The translations under genes were made by a program, and so were the position numbers. Positions 39,310-52,316 of a stretch of 64,000 nucleotides of DNA are shown piece by piece. The notes beneath the pieces were generated by a model. That model saw only the letters and a program-made list of their open reading frames with translations, was not told the origin of the DNA and made no database searches. The DNA is from Octopus bimaculoides (lineage: Eukaryota). The stretch covers positions 21,054,373 through 21,118,372 of the forward strand of contig NC_068997.1 of NCBI RefSeq assembly GCF_001194135.2, given 5' to 3'. Position 1 is the first letter of the stretch; each line of letters opens with the position of its first letter.

Positions 39310-40766
39310 NNNNNNNNNNNNNNNNNNNNNNNNNNNNNNNNNNNNNNNNNNNNNNNNATATATCATATATATATCAGTAATGTGATGTTAGTAAAAAGTA
39401 CGTTTGTTTATGTATGTGTATGTATGCGTGTTTTTGTGTGTGTATGTATGCGTGTTTTTGTGTGTGTATGTGTATGTATGTCTAACGATTCTGTTCCGTT
39501 GTTCTTGCTATTACTGCGCGTGCGCTATGGTATTGTTGTTGTCATTGTTGTTGTTTTTCTTTAATTTACTTATACACCGCGTTTGTTAGCAAAATGGACC
39601 GGTGATATTGTGTGTTTGTGTATGTATGTGTGCGTGTCTGTGTGCGTGTCTGTGTATGTGTGTGTGTGTGTGTATGTTATATCTTATTAGGAGTGTAGTT
39701 ATTCGACGATCTTTGTGTTTGCCTATATGTGTGTGTATCTTTCTGTGTATGTGTGTGTCTGTATGTATGTATATGTATGTGTATGTGTGTGTTTGCGCAT
39801 TTCTGTACGTGTGTGTGTGCGTGTGTGTGTGTGCGTATTTGTGTGTATTTGTGTGTATTTGTGCTTCTGTGTATTTGCATGTGTGTGTGTTTTCGTCTAA
39901 ACACAATGCCTATTGTAAATGTGGTTGTGTCGCAATCTTATCGAAGGGATCCTTATTATGTGTACACCTTATATTCATATCTTGTAAAGATCTATTCATC
40001 CAAGCACAACAAAAGTACAAGAAAGAAAACATCAATAAAACAACAACAACAAAAAAAGCAAATAGAATAAGTTTGTCTCAAAGAAGAAGAGAATACATTC
40101 CGTCACCCTCACCACACCCCAGTACATCCACCCACCAGGCCACCAACAAGCCAACCAACCAACCAACCAACAAACGAACAAATTCATCAGATCATGCATT
40201 ACTGACCAGAGAACTCTCTAGAACTTAAAGTTCAAAACACGAAGAATTTCTAAGCAAACAATTCGCTACAAAAGATTTCCTACAAAGAATGCAACGTTTA
40301 CCTTTCCGAACGTTCGTACAAAACAGCCTTAAAATGGCCCCTCTTCGAATTGATGAATTTCCTGGACAGAAATTTTCTGCTTAGCTGCACTTGCTGAAAA
40401 TTATGTTCTGTCTACTAGCAAGGGTTAAGCCTGAATTGGCCTGGGGAAGTAGAAACGATTCTTTTGATGGTGCGGCTGTTTAATGCTTCAGGCGAGAACA
40501 TCAGATGGAAAAGTGGCGTTTTATTGCTGGCCTGACTCTTGCCGGGGGCAGTGTTATGACCAGTTTGCAGTTATTTTGCACCGACGTATAAACTGAATAA
40601 TGATCACCACACAACGAATGTTGGAATGGCGCAGTCACTCCACTAACAGACGTTTTATATTAATAATCTATTGTTTCCAAGAACTTGCTAAAAACTCTTT
40701 TTCGTTGATGTATATATGTGTGTACGTATGAATGATTCTATGCATACATGTGTCAATAGATATGTG

Positions 40767-40801
<35 letters not shown>

Positions 40802-41103
40802 NNNNNNNNNNNNNNNNNNNNNNNNNNNNNNNNNNNNNNNNNNNNNNNNNNNNNNNNNNNNNNNNNNNNNNNNNNNNNNNNNNNNNNNNNNNNNNNNNNN
40901 NNNNNNNNNNNNNNNNNNNNNNNNNNNNNNNNNNNNNNNNNNNNNNNNNNNNNNNNNNNNNNNNNNNNNNNNNNNNNNNNNNNNNNNNNNNNNNNNNNNN
41001 NNNNNNNNNNNNNNNNNNNNNNNNNNNNNNNNNNNNNNNNNNNNNNNNNNNNNNNNNNNNNNNNNNNNNNNNNNNNNNNNNNNNNNNNNNNNNNNNNNNN
41101 NNN

Positions 41104-41144
<41 letters not shown>

Positions 41145-41161
41145 CATATATATATATACAG

Positions 41162-41200
<39 letters not shown>

Positions 41201-41721
41201 TAGATAGATATATGAGATTGTATGTATATTTGTGTGTGTGCGTATGTATATATACATACAGAAATAGTGAAAGAGAGAGAGAGAGAGAGATAGGCGGGGA
41301 GAGAGAGAAAGAAAGAAATCAAATAAACAAACAACAAAAGTTAAATAATAGATTAACTAGGAACAATCAATGACTAATGACTGGCGGAAATTTCTTTTGA
41401 ATAAATCAAATACTTCCTTTTTTTGTTGTTGGAAGCTTTGGTTGTTTTGAAACAACAAGAGACGGGAAAAAGCGAGAGGAAATGACTGACGTGATTAGGT
41501 GTTGTCACGTGAGAAGGTGTCACGACAATAGGTTTTGTTTATTTTGCTTTTGTATAAGTGTTTATTTTTGTGTTTTATTTTGCATTATTTTATTCTACTT
41601 TATTTTACTTTATTTCTGTTATTCCTATTAATTATATTAAAGGAAATGTTTATTTTTGTACAATAGAAATAAACTAGTTATATGTGTGTTCGTGTGTGTG
41701 TGTATGCACGCGCGTGTGTGC

Positions 41722-41805
<84 letters not shown>

Positions 41806-41981
41806 ACATGCATATATATAGATAGATGGATATGTATATGTAGGTATATGTGTGTGTGTATGGGTATATGTATTCGTATATAATCATATATATATATTTC
41901 GGAATCAGTCACTGGTTCATATGGCAAAATCTATAAGTACTGACAGGCGTGTGTTCAGCTTCACCACCCGCAATGGAGTAC

Positions 41982-42034
41982 GCATTACTGATGAGTATTA
42001 ATTTCTATACGAAATTTGCATGTTAATCTAATAC
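41982..42034 (+). ncRNA. Type I hammerhead ribozyme with canonical core
   Basis: GCAUUA-CUGAUGA-GUAU(UAAUUUCU)AUAC-GAAA-UUUGCAUGUUAAUC|UAAUAC. All conserved core nucleotides are present, with the G10.1:C11.1 pair and an AUC triplet. Predicted cleavage is after 42028. Confidence 0.8.
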
Positions 42035-42299
42035 ACCTCGCTTGCATTTAAATAGAACACGTGCTTTCTGTGGCTAAGGAGTCTCTGACACTTATTTCTA
42101 GCAATCCCGGTATTCCTTACGCCCTTCGTCACCTTTTTTAGTGAAGGTGAATTATTTCCTTTTTGGCTTTAAATTGCGTCTAGCTACCTCAATTATTATA
42201 TACATACATACACACACACACATACACGCACACGTACGCACACGCACACACACACACACACTCACACACACACACACATACGCACACACGGATACGCAC

Positions 42300-42455
42300 A
42301 CGACGGGCTTCTTTCAGTTTCCGTCTACCAAATCGACTGACAATGCTTTGGTCGGCCCGATGTTATAGCAGGAGACACTTACCCAAGTAGCCACGCGGTG
42401 GGGCTGAATCCAGGAGCATGTAGTTGGGAAATAGTCTTCTTACCACACATGCACG
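42300..42455 (-). mobile_element. SINE family 2, 5' half
   Basis: CGACGGGCTTCTTTCAGTTTCCGTCTACC..CTTCTTACCACAC is the reverse complement of the family-2 head. Confidence 0.82.
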
Positions 42456-42487
42456 CTTTCGACTTTATATATGTACACACACACACA

Positions 42488-42542
<55 letters not shown>

Positions 42543-42780
42543 NNNNNNNNNNNNNNNNNNNNNNNNNNNNNNNNNNNNNNNNNNNNNNNNNNNNNNNNNN
42601 NNNNNNNNNNNNNNNNNNNNNNNNNNNNNNNNNNNNNNNNNNNNNNNNNNNNNNNNNNNNNNNNNNNNNNNNNNNNNNNNNNNNNNNNNNNNNNNNNNNN
42701 NNNNNNNNNNNNNNNNNNNNNNNNNNNNNNNNNNNNNNNNNNNNNNNNNNNNNNNNNNNNNNNNNNNNNNNNNNNNNNNN

Positions 42781-42813
<33 letters not shown>

Positions 42814-43335
42814 CATGCATATATATATATATGTATATGTATGTATGTATACGTTCTGAAGTATTTTACCGCCATTTTTATATTATCTTTAATTGTTTTC
42901 TTAAATTAATATTGCTTCTCAATGCTTTCCTAGTAATTCTTTAACTATTACATATATATTTATAATTAGTTATAATTACTATAAATTAAACAGTATGACA
43001 GTCAAAAATGACTTCTGTTCTTATTTATCAGAATATTTGTATACAATTGTGATAATGGCAATTATAATTTTCGTTCAGAACGGAATTACATTATTGCACT
43101 ATTGCAAATATGACAGTTATAAGCTCCAGAGTCTGAAGAATTACTCTGCTATAACCGAACACCATTTCGTCATCGCCATATTTCACACATGAATAGATTT
43201 GATAAATCTGATCGGTGACATGAATGTCGATAACAAATGTACAAGGATGCTTAACAATAATATATACCACATAATATGAGTACTAGAAGGAAGTGCTTAC
43301 TGTAGCATGCCCTCCCTAACGTCCGTCATGCTTTT

Positions 43336-43419
<84 letters not shown>

Positions 43420-44591
43420 ATGTGTGTGTGTGTCAGGGGATGACATTATAATCGCAATGATTATGATAGTTTTGTTTGTATCTTCGTATAATAAGTGCGT
43501 GCGGAAGTGGTGGTGGCATGGCAGAGAAGTGATCTAAATGCCTTGTGGTACTCACTTACCTCTTTTAAAGTACTGAGTTCAATCCCCGCCGAAGTTTCGC
43601 TTTTTTTTATTATATTCTCATACATAGGTGCATACGTACGTACGTCTACCAGGCTGTATGTATATATGTATATATATATATATATAACTTGACATTAAAT
43701 TGTAGAATTAATACTTTTTAGTAGAGTACATATTTATTAAAATTTTACAAGAAGATAGGTGACAGTAACTTCAGAGTTTCGGCCTGCTAGCCCACTACAG
43801 ACAATACTACTCTTTGGTTCCTTTTGATTTTATATAGACTTTGTTAAGATGTTTTCTGGAAGTAGTTGGAGCTATGCGAAATAATAATTAGGCATCGTGT
43901 ATATAGGTATATCTACACACATTCATACATGTGTATTGAACGCTTACAGGTATTGAGACTTACATTCAGGACATTAAGTTTCTGTCCTACAATTCGATTA
44001 TCATTGCACGCCATCACGTCTTGCAAGACCAGTGCACGTGGCACCATTGATTACAAATATATGAAAACAAATATATATTTTCTATCTATCTCTGTCTCTC
44101 TCTCTTTATATATATATATATATACAAGTCATTTATTTGAATATATATATATATTATATATGAATGTACGTGTATGTGTAAATGTTTAAAATATATATAT
44201 AAAGAATATAAAAATAAAAGAAAAATATTCTGAATTTTTATAAATATACACATATATAATGGCTGACTTGTCGATATCTGCCCATTGCCAGATTTCAAGT
44301 ATGTTACCATTGTACCATTATCAGAAATAATAACTACATAGTTCATATTCATTGAAATGTATATTTTTTCCCCTCATTTAACATGTGGGGATTACTTCTC
44401 AGTGTCTCTGGAAATTAATGCATATTGGTTTTTCCAGTTTTCTTCACCGAGTATATATGACAAAATTTGAAAATTTTCTAGTTGGAGAATTGTTACGCTC
44501 ATGATATTTTTAAAAGAAGTGGTTACTAAATGAAATTAATTATAATTTTAAAATGCTATGAGTTAACTTCCCTTGAATAACGCCTACTTAC

Positions 44592-44707
44592 GCAGAGAAT
44601 ATAGAGACGTAACAGATGTGGTGATAATCACTACGGATTAGTTTCTTTTGATGCTTTGATGTCAAAGGTCCAAGCAACCAGTATTATAAGAAGAGCGATG
44701 AAAGCCA
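44592..44707 (-). CDS. Candidate exon encoding a hydrophobic stretch (A)FIALLIILVAWTFDIKASKETNP-stop
   Basis: Branch CCTAAC with its A 27 nt upstream, acceptor attctctttcaccaacattgtag|, tandem stops TAG TGA (TAG at 44631-44633) and donor TGC|GTAAGT. Confidence 0.35.
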
Positions 44708-44824
44708 CTACAATGTTGGTGAAAGAGAATATGTTAGGGTCATTAAACTTATTGTTCTATATTTTTTTCAACATTGCAGTGACTTCTCTTACTCAGCTTT
44801 GCTTATATTTTCATTAACATTTAT

Positions 44825-45175
44825 AGTATTTTTTTCTAGTATAGGCACAAGGCCCGGAATTTGGAGGATAAGAAGGGATTAGTCAATTAAATCGACCTCT
44901 TAGCTTGACTGGTACTTTATTTTGTCGACATCGGAACGATGAAAGCCGAAATTTGTAATATTTGCTTCTAATTTAGGAACAAAGCCATCAGTTTGGAGAA
45001 GAAAACGTTAGTTGTTATCACCGCTCTACTTTCTTAAGTATTACTTTATTTTATGGGGCCCGATATAGTGAGAGGCGTTCATGATTTAGGTAAAAGACCA
45101 GCAGTTTTCAGATAGGTTGTCAGTCGATAATATCGACCTCAGTACTTTACTGGTACTTTATTTCCTCGGACCGAG
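44825..45175 (-). mobile_element. SINE family 1, two to three truncated minus copies
   Basis: Repeated CTGGTACTTTATTT and ATCGACCTC reverse-core fragments. Confidence 0.7.
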
Positions 45176-45200
45176 TTTGTGTGACGTTTTGAAAACTCAC

Positions 45201-45259
45201 TGTTGTTTGTAGAGGCATATGACAGTCAATGGACCATTTCTCCTTGCGGCAAATAGATA
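45201..45259 (-). other. Candidate 59-nt exon
   Basis: Acceptor actttatcccctttag| and donor ACA|GTGAGT. Its last base A joins TG of the next candidate exon to form ATG. Confidence 0.35.
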
Positions 45260-45554
45260 CTAAAGGGGATAAAGTTCGCAGATAAAGACGAATAGCTTAT
45301 TAATGGCTAATTGTAAGTTCCAATAGAACTGGATATACAAAGGAATTGATGGTTATCAGCTGCAGTAGCATTATCCAAATCACATCAAATGTAAAAGTAA
45401 TGAAAAGATGGCGTCTTGACGGCCAAGAATCGAAGTTACGGAAACTATTAGAAAAAAAAAACAAGGTAATAAAAATGGGAATGAATGGATGAGAAATTTG
45501 GGTGATAGGATTATATAGAGAATAAGTTTATTCTATGATTATCGTTGCTATCAT

Positions 45555-45785
45555 TATCTGAGATAAGCTGGTAGAATCAAATGCAAATTGGACAAAATGC
45601 TTATCAGTAATTATTTGGGATCATATTCTGAGTTTAAAATTCCTACTGACGTAGACTTTCCCTTTAATCTTTTGGGGGTCGATAAAATAAGTATCAGTTT
45701 ACTCATGGCGGGTGAGTCGATGTAATCAACTTAACCCCTTCCCTTCAAAATTTCTGGCCTGGTGCCAAAATTAGAAAGAATCATG
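45555..45785 (+). mobile_element. SINE family 1, decayed
   Basis: GCTGGTAGAATC..TTCTGAGTTTAAAATTCC..GGGGTCGATAAAATAAGT..GGTGCCAAAATTAGAAAG. Confidence 0.8.
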
Positions 45786-46924
45786 ACTTGATTTGCTCTG
45801 CACAGTATTGCTTGGGCAGACCTGATGAATCATCGAGGTAAATGATCAAAGGGAGCAGTCAGTTGGTTGTGCTAACTGGGACCCTCCTGTCGTTATTTTT
45901 TGCAGTACAGCTGTCCTAATATTTAGCACTTATAACATGTGGTTTCCTCTTCAATGACAGTAAGCAATATGTTTTGAAGGATATTTTTGAGGCGGCTACA
46001 TTAAAAGCAGGTCAGGCGACTGAATAAAAAAAGAACAACAACAACAACAAAAAAGACACCCTCCCCATTTAGTTGCAACCATTGCTATTTCTATATTTAC
46101 CGTCTCTGTTATGTTGTTTTCCAATCCTTTGAACTGAATGATGAATTAATGAAATACAGTCTGTATGTTGGTTATGAACAATAGATTTTTTCCAAATATG
46201 AACTCATGCAGAATAAACTGTTGTAAGGGAAAATAATGGTGTATAGTATAGTATGATTTAGGGTAATGCGCTAAAATTATCACAACTTGCTCTGGTTTGT
46301 TGGTCGTCTCACTGAACAGTCAGCCAATTGATATCTGGTGATATCAATGTTAATTCAATAAGCGACTACAATCTCACATGATATGAAAGACTAACCATTT
46401 TATAAAGCTGTAAAACATATCAACATGTGATAAATTGTGTATAAAGATAAAATTCAATAAATATCACCTCCCTTTACTTCTATTCGATTTTTCATAATTC
46501 TTTGAATTCGAACGTTCACAGTACCAAGTTCAAGGTTATTTTGCATTCTATTTTACGATTTTTCAAAGATTCGATATCCATAAAAAAAATAGATACTTGA
46601 ATGAAAAAGAAAATAATAATAATAATAATAATAATATAAAAGGATATTGAGAGAAAACTAAATATGGTTTTATATATGACAACACAGTTTTATATATTTC
46701 ATATGATTTTTTTCTCTCTCTCTTGCTAAGAGTTAAATTTTCCAATAAACAAAATTTTAATCTTTGTCAATCTCAGCCTGGAATCGGCCAACAGTCGCTT
46801 CGTTTGGAAAATGTATGAATATTATAACCTCTAATTATCTCGTGTGGCAGCCCGTTGTTGGTGTGGTGGTGGTGTGTGTGTGTGTATTGTGTATCGTGTG
46901 TGTGTGTCTTTCGGTTTGTCCACA

Positions 46925-47110
46925 CTAACGCTTGACAACCGGTGTTGGTTTGTTTTCCATTCCCGTAACTTAGCGATTCGAAAAAAGAGATTGGTAGAAT
47001 AAATAGCAGACATAAAAATAAGTACTCGGATCGATTTGTTCGACTAAAACCTTCAAGACGGTGCCCCAGAATACCTACAGTCCAATGACTGAAACGAGTA
47101 AAAGATAAAT
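46925..47110 (+). mobile_element. SINE family 2, 3' half
   Basis: CTTGACAACCGGTGTTGG..CCCGTAACTTAGCG..GATTTGTTCGACTAAA..AATGACTGAAACGAGTAAAAGATAA. Confidence 0.8.
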
Positions 47111-47111
47111 G

Positions 47112-47159
<48 letters not shown>

Positions 47160-47160
47160 G

Positions 47161-47199
<39 letters not shown>

Positions 47200-47363
47200 G
47201 GATGTGCATGTATTTCGGATGTGCATGTGCGCGTCTCTATGCAGACCTGCGTACATGGTTATGTGAGCATGTGTTTGTGTGTGTGTGGCTGTGTCTGTGT
47301 GTGTGTGTCTGTCTGTATGTATGTATGTATGTCTATCTGTCTGTCTGTACACGCTTGTGCGTA

Positions 47364-47435
<72 letters not shown>

Positions 47436-48424
47436 NNNNNNNNNNNNNNNNNNNNNNNNNNNNNNNNNNNNNNNNNNNNNNNNNNNNNNNNNNNNNNNNN
47501 NNNNNNNNNNNNNNNNNNNNNNNNNNNNNNNNNNNNNNNNNNNNNNNNNNNNNNNNNNNNNNNNNNNNNNNNNNNNNNNNNNNNNNNNNNNNNNNNNNNN
47601 NNNNNNNNNNNNNNNNNNNNNNNNNNNNNNNNNNNNNNNNNNNNNNNNNNNNNNNNNNNNNNNNNNNNNNNNNNNNNNNNNNNNNNNNNNNNNNNNNNNN
47701 NNNNNNNNNNNNNNNNNNNNNNNNNNNNNNNNNNNNNNNNNNNNNNNNNNNNNNNNNNNNNNNNNNNNNNNNNNNNNNNNNNNNNNNNNNNNNNNNNNNN
47801 NNNNNNNNNNNNNNNNNNNNNNNNNNNNNNNNNNNNNNNNNNNNNNNNNNNNNNNNNNNNNNNNNNNNNNNNNNNNNNNNNNNNNNNNNNNNNNNNNNNN
47901 NNNNNNNNNNNNNNNNNNNNNNNNNNNNNNNNNNNNNNNNNNNNNNNNNNNNNNNNNNNNNNNNNNNNNNNNNNNNNNNNNNNNNNNNNNNNNNNNNNNN
48001 NNNNNNNNNNNNNNNNNNNNNNNNNNNNNNNNNNNNNNNNNNNNNNNNNNNNNNNNNNNNNNNNNNNNNNNNNNNNNNNNNNNNNNNNNNNNNNNNNNNN
48101 NNNNNNNNNNNNNNNNNNNNNNNNNNNNNCACCACCACCACCACCACCGCAACAACAACATCAAGTGCAAGCCCAACGACCACGATAACTATTACCACAA
48201 CATAAACAGTGACAACAAGAACAACATTAACAACAATTACAACATTATAACGACACCAGTAACAAAATTAACAACCACAATAACAACAATTATAATAATA
48301 TCATTAGCAACAGTTATAATCATATAATTAGCAAGAATTACAACAGTATTAGCAAAGACGACAAAAAAATTTAGGTACAGTTGCAACATAAAGAACATAA
48401 ACAACAATTAGAACAACAACAATA

Positions 48425-48630
<206 letters not shown>

Positions 48631-48999
48631 AATAACAAACAAAACCAAAAGCATTAGCAACAGCAACTAGAAGAACGATAGTAACAACATCGATATTAGC
48701 AACGTCAACTTGAACTAAGAAACGGTAATCGCAACAATAATAACACCAGCAACAACAGGATATGACGACAATAACGATATGTACAGGATTACGACGACGA
48801 TGATGAGGATGATTGACGGCGTTGGTGACGTTAACGGCGGTGGTGTTGAGGATGACGACGGCAACGACGATGGATGATAGTTTACTATGAAGGTCGTTCT
48901 GTTTTTTGGATTTTTTTTTTCTTTTTCTGCGCTAATCAAACCAGGTTTTCGTCAGAAAGTCATAAGACAGAAGAAACATAGCACTTACAGCGAGAGAGG

Positions 49000-49312
49000 C
49001 ATACATACATACATACATGCATACATGCATACATACATGCATACATACATACATACATACATGCATACATACATACATACATACATACATACATGCATGC
49101 ATACATACATACATACATACATACATACATACATACATACATACATGCATACATACATGCATGCATACATACATACATACATACATACATACATACATAC
49201 ATACATGCATACATGCATACATACATGCATGCATACATACATACATACATACATACATACATACATGCATACATACATACATACATACATACATACATCC
49301 ATGCATACATGC
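49000..49312. repeat. (CATA)n with interspersed CATG variant units
   Basis: Direct reading; source of the HTYI/MYVC ORFs. Confidence 0.96.
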
Positions 49313-49599
49313 ATAATAACATGTTATTGTCATATAACATGCGTAATAACGCTTCTCGTTCTGTCATTTGTTATCATCTTTAAAACACTAGCGATGTGTT
49401 CTATTCTTGAAGATATTAAAGATGAGTAGTGCAAAATGGTAGAACTTTACGCTTGCTAATTCAATATCTCACCGTTCTATTAACACGAAAAAAAAAAAAT
49501 TAAAAAAAAGAAATATCAATTTCGACTGTCTATTTAAGTTTTTGCAGGTCGATAAGAGTTGAACTAATTAGACATAATCTGTATATTTTTTAAGGCAGC

Positions 49600-49975
49600 C
49601 TTATATGCAACCGAATTATTGGCAAAATCGTGAAAGCATCGGACAAAATTCTCGCAGGCTTTTTTTCTGACTCGCTATGTCCTGAGTTCAAATCCTGACG
49701 TGGTTAACCTTGCCGTTCATCCTTTCTGAATCCGGAAAAATGCCAGTCAAGTACTGGGGTCGATGTAATCAACTGGTTCCTTCCCCTCAATGTTGCTAGA
49801 CTTATTCTTAAATAAGAAACGATTATTATTATAGTAAGGCTGGTGGGTTGGTAGAATAGCAAGCGCGTCGAACAAATGCTTTGCAGTATTTCGTTGAAGT
49901 TCTTTATTTTCTGAACTTAAATTCCCTGAAGTTCAACATTGCTTTCCGTCTCTCCGGATTCGACAAAATAATTTC
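49600..49975 (+). mobile_element. SINE family 1, two head-to-tail decayed copies
   Basis: Copies at ~49615-49830 and ~49836-49975, separated by GATTATTATT. Confidence 0.78.
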
Positions 49976-50635
49976 TAGTCATCTACCTATCTTTTATCTT
50001 TCGCAGCACAACACATTTTTTTTTCTTTTGTGTATGTTTAGTTTTTGTACGTCCCTTCTTCCCAAAATTACAAATTCCTAGTTCAGTGAAGGAGATAGTT
50101 ATACTAGGACGTTGAAATAATGCTTCTTAGCAAGTAATGGCACATTGTCATACACCCACCCACACATCACGTGGATAGAAAAATAGCGATGGATTACCCT
50201 TGTCCAATGCAGAACGCTTGACATATGTACAGCGGGTGTGGCTACCTTCGACTTTTTCTATGCAAAAGGGTTTTTTCAACCCAATATTTACATGCTATTA
50301 TTTATTTGTAGCTTTATACGTACGCAAATGCAAATATACATATGCATATATTTATATATACAGTTAGATAGATAAATAGATAGATACATACAAATATACA
50401 TACGTTCACACATATATAGACACACACACATACATACATACATACATACATACATACACTTAAAAACTCGACAAGAAGCACATCAGTTCACATATTTTAT
50501 TCATATGAAAAGAGGAGCTATTACTACTCTGAGTAGATCTTTATTTATCTCAGTCTCTGTTCCATCAACAATATCCTGAAATTGGACTTCGTATCATCGT
50601 ATAATATCCGTCTATAGAGAGATTCCGTCCCTCAC

Positions 50636-50695
50636 CGGGCCGAGTCGTTATGCGATTATAATTACCCTCCATATTGGTTTCCATTAAATATACAT
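50636..50695 (-). other. Candidate 5' exon
   Basis: Donor CCG|GTGAGG; starts just after an ETS motif and contains ATGs at 50684 and 50672 (METNMEGNYNRITTRP). Confidence 0.25.
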
Positions 50696-50697
50696 CT

Positions 50698-50713
50698 ACC
50701 GGAAGTGACATCA
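50698..50713. promoter_or_regulatory. ETS site overlapping a CRE-like half site (ACCGGAAGTGACATCA)
   Basis: One mismatch to the ETS-CRE composite CCGGAAGTGACGTCA known from proximal promoters. Confidence 0.4.
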
Positions 50714-51716
50714 GCATTGAAAATTCGGAACAGCCAACATAATGTATTACAAACCCACAGTACAATTTATTATCACCACTTACGGAAATAATAACTTTAA
50801 TACTCGAAAAGTATTTCGTAAGGAATTAAATAAAATGAACGATAAACCCAAGAGATAAATATTTAATTCTTTAGTTTTATTGTTTTGTTGAAGAGGGGAA
50901 AGCCGTTTTGCTTTTGTTTTTGTTTTTTTGTTTTAAGTGATGAGAGTTATAAATATTTGACAACATCCTCAGCGTTTCCAATAAACGCGCAAATTCAATA
51001 TAAAGTTGATAATCTTCATAAAATGACTTTAATGATAAATGTAACTCAATCATAAATGATTACTCGTCATAAGCGACACTCTTGTTCTTTTATTATTTTT
51101 ATATTTTCATTGTTGATATTCTTATTATCTGGGGAATATTTTTAACGCTTTATTTTTTCCTTGTAAATAACCGGTAACGAGAATTCGGTAAAAATCCCCA
51201 AAATCCCCAAAAAGAATAAATTTGATATCTGCGACTGTTTAACAATTACGAGAATTGATATAGAGTTAAGACCAGAGCATTTTTTGTTGGAATCGCTGTT
51301 GTTGTTTTTGTTATATCAAATACTATATAAAAATCTTTTCTATATTTTGTATTTCTGAAATATTCGTTCTTGAGTATATTCTCGAGTTATTTTTCGTTCT
51401 ATTTTTCTTAAATAGCGACAACAAGGGAGAGGAAAAGAAAATCTGTAAATTGAAATTCTAATGTTTCTATCTATGCAGAAAATACATAAATGACGGGTGA
51501 AATACCTTTTGGTATTAATAATGTCCCGTTAAGTTTTGAGTTCAAATCGTGCCTAAGTTAAAATTTAAAACTTTGGTCCTTCTGAGATAGATGGTCAATC
51601 AAGCACTAGGATCTATACAATCGACACCGCCCCCTCCAAAAATTTGTGGCTTTACAGCCTATGATAGAGCTCAATGCATTCATCAACAGAAAAACTATGG
51701 TAGAACGAACGTACTG

Positions 51717-51980
51717 ACACAAGGTCCTTGTCAGTGACATTGAAATCGAAACCTCACGCTTACAACCCTCGCCTTCTTAGCCACTTCATATTACAGTACA
51801 TACCGCCGAGCTTCCATACACATTTTCCGTCTGCCCAAAGCTATTTACAAGGTTTAAAAATCAATAGGAAACTACTGTAGAAGGAGGAGCGTACTTACAC
51901 AAGGTTCCTCTCAGCGGCATCGAAATCGAAACCCCATACTTGCAACCCTCGACTTCTTAGCCACTCGACCATGACCGTGT
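51717..51980 (-). mobile_element. Two tandem decayed SINE family-2 heads, 180-bp period
   Basis: ACACAAGG..GAAATCGAAACC..CAACCCTCG.CTTCTTAGCCACT at 51717 and 51897. Confidence 0.65.
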
Positions 51981-52271
51981 TCATACATACATCGAGGTCT
52001 ATAGATAAACACATACGTAGGTTTGATGAATGAGAATAGTTTATAATTTAAGAGAGGATGAAAAGGCTACATCGTTATTTATGTTCGTATGTCTTTTCAA
52101 AATTAATCCCGTCTAATCTAAGTTAAGACTCCATTGTTGAAATACGGCCGTTATAAATGACGATCTAGAACCATCATTTTGTCATAATTCCACATCTAAG
52201 CAAACGTTTTCTCAAATATACACTTACTTAGGTATGTGTATGTGCGTATGTATGCGTATATATATATATAC

Positions 52272-52316
<45 letters not shown>

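Noticed and set aside
40200-40650. Unique GC-richer island with several 30-55-aa open frames
   Set aside because: No recognisable motif and no consistent splice model.
46468-46546. 26-codon ORF phase-compatible with the hydrophobic exon
   Set aside because: No usable acceptor and a weak donor (GTGATA); easily chance.
49473-49476. 4-nt exon between a long poly-T and GTGAGA
   Set aside because: Frame-shifting length; the T tract is more likely an A-rich retroposon tail.
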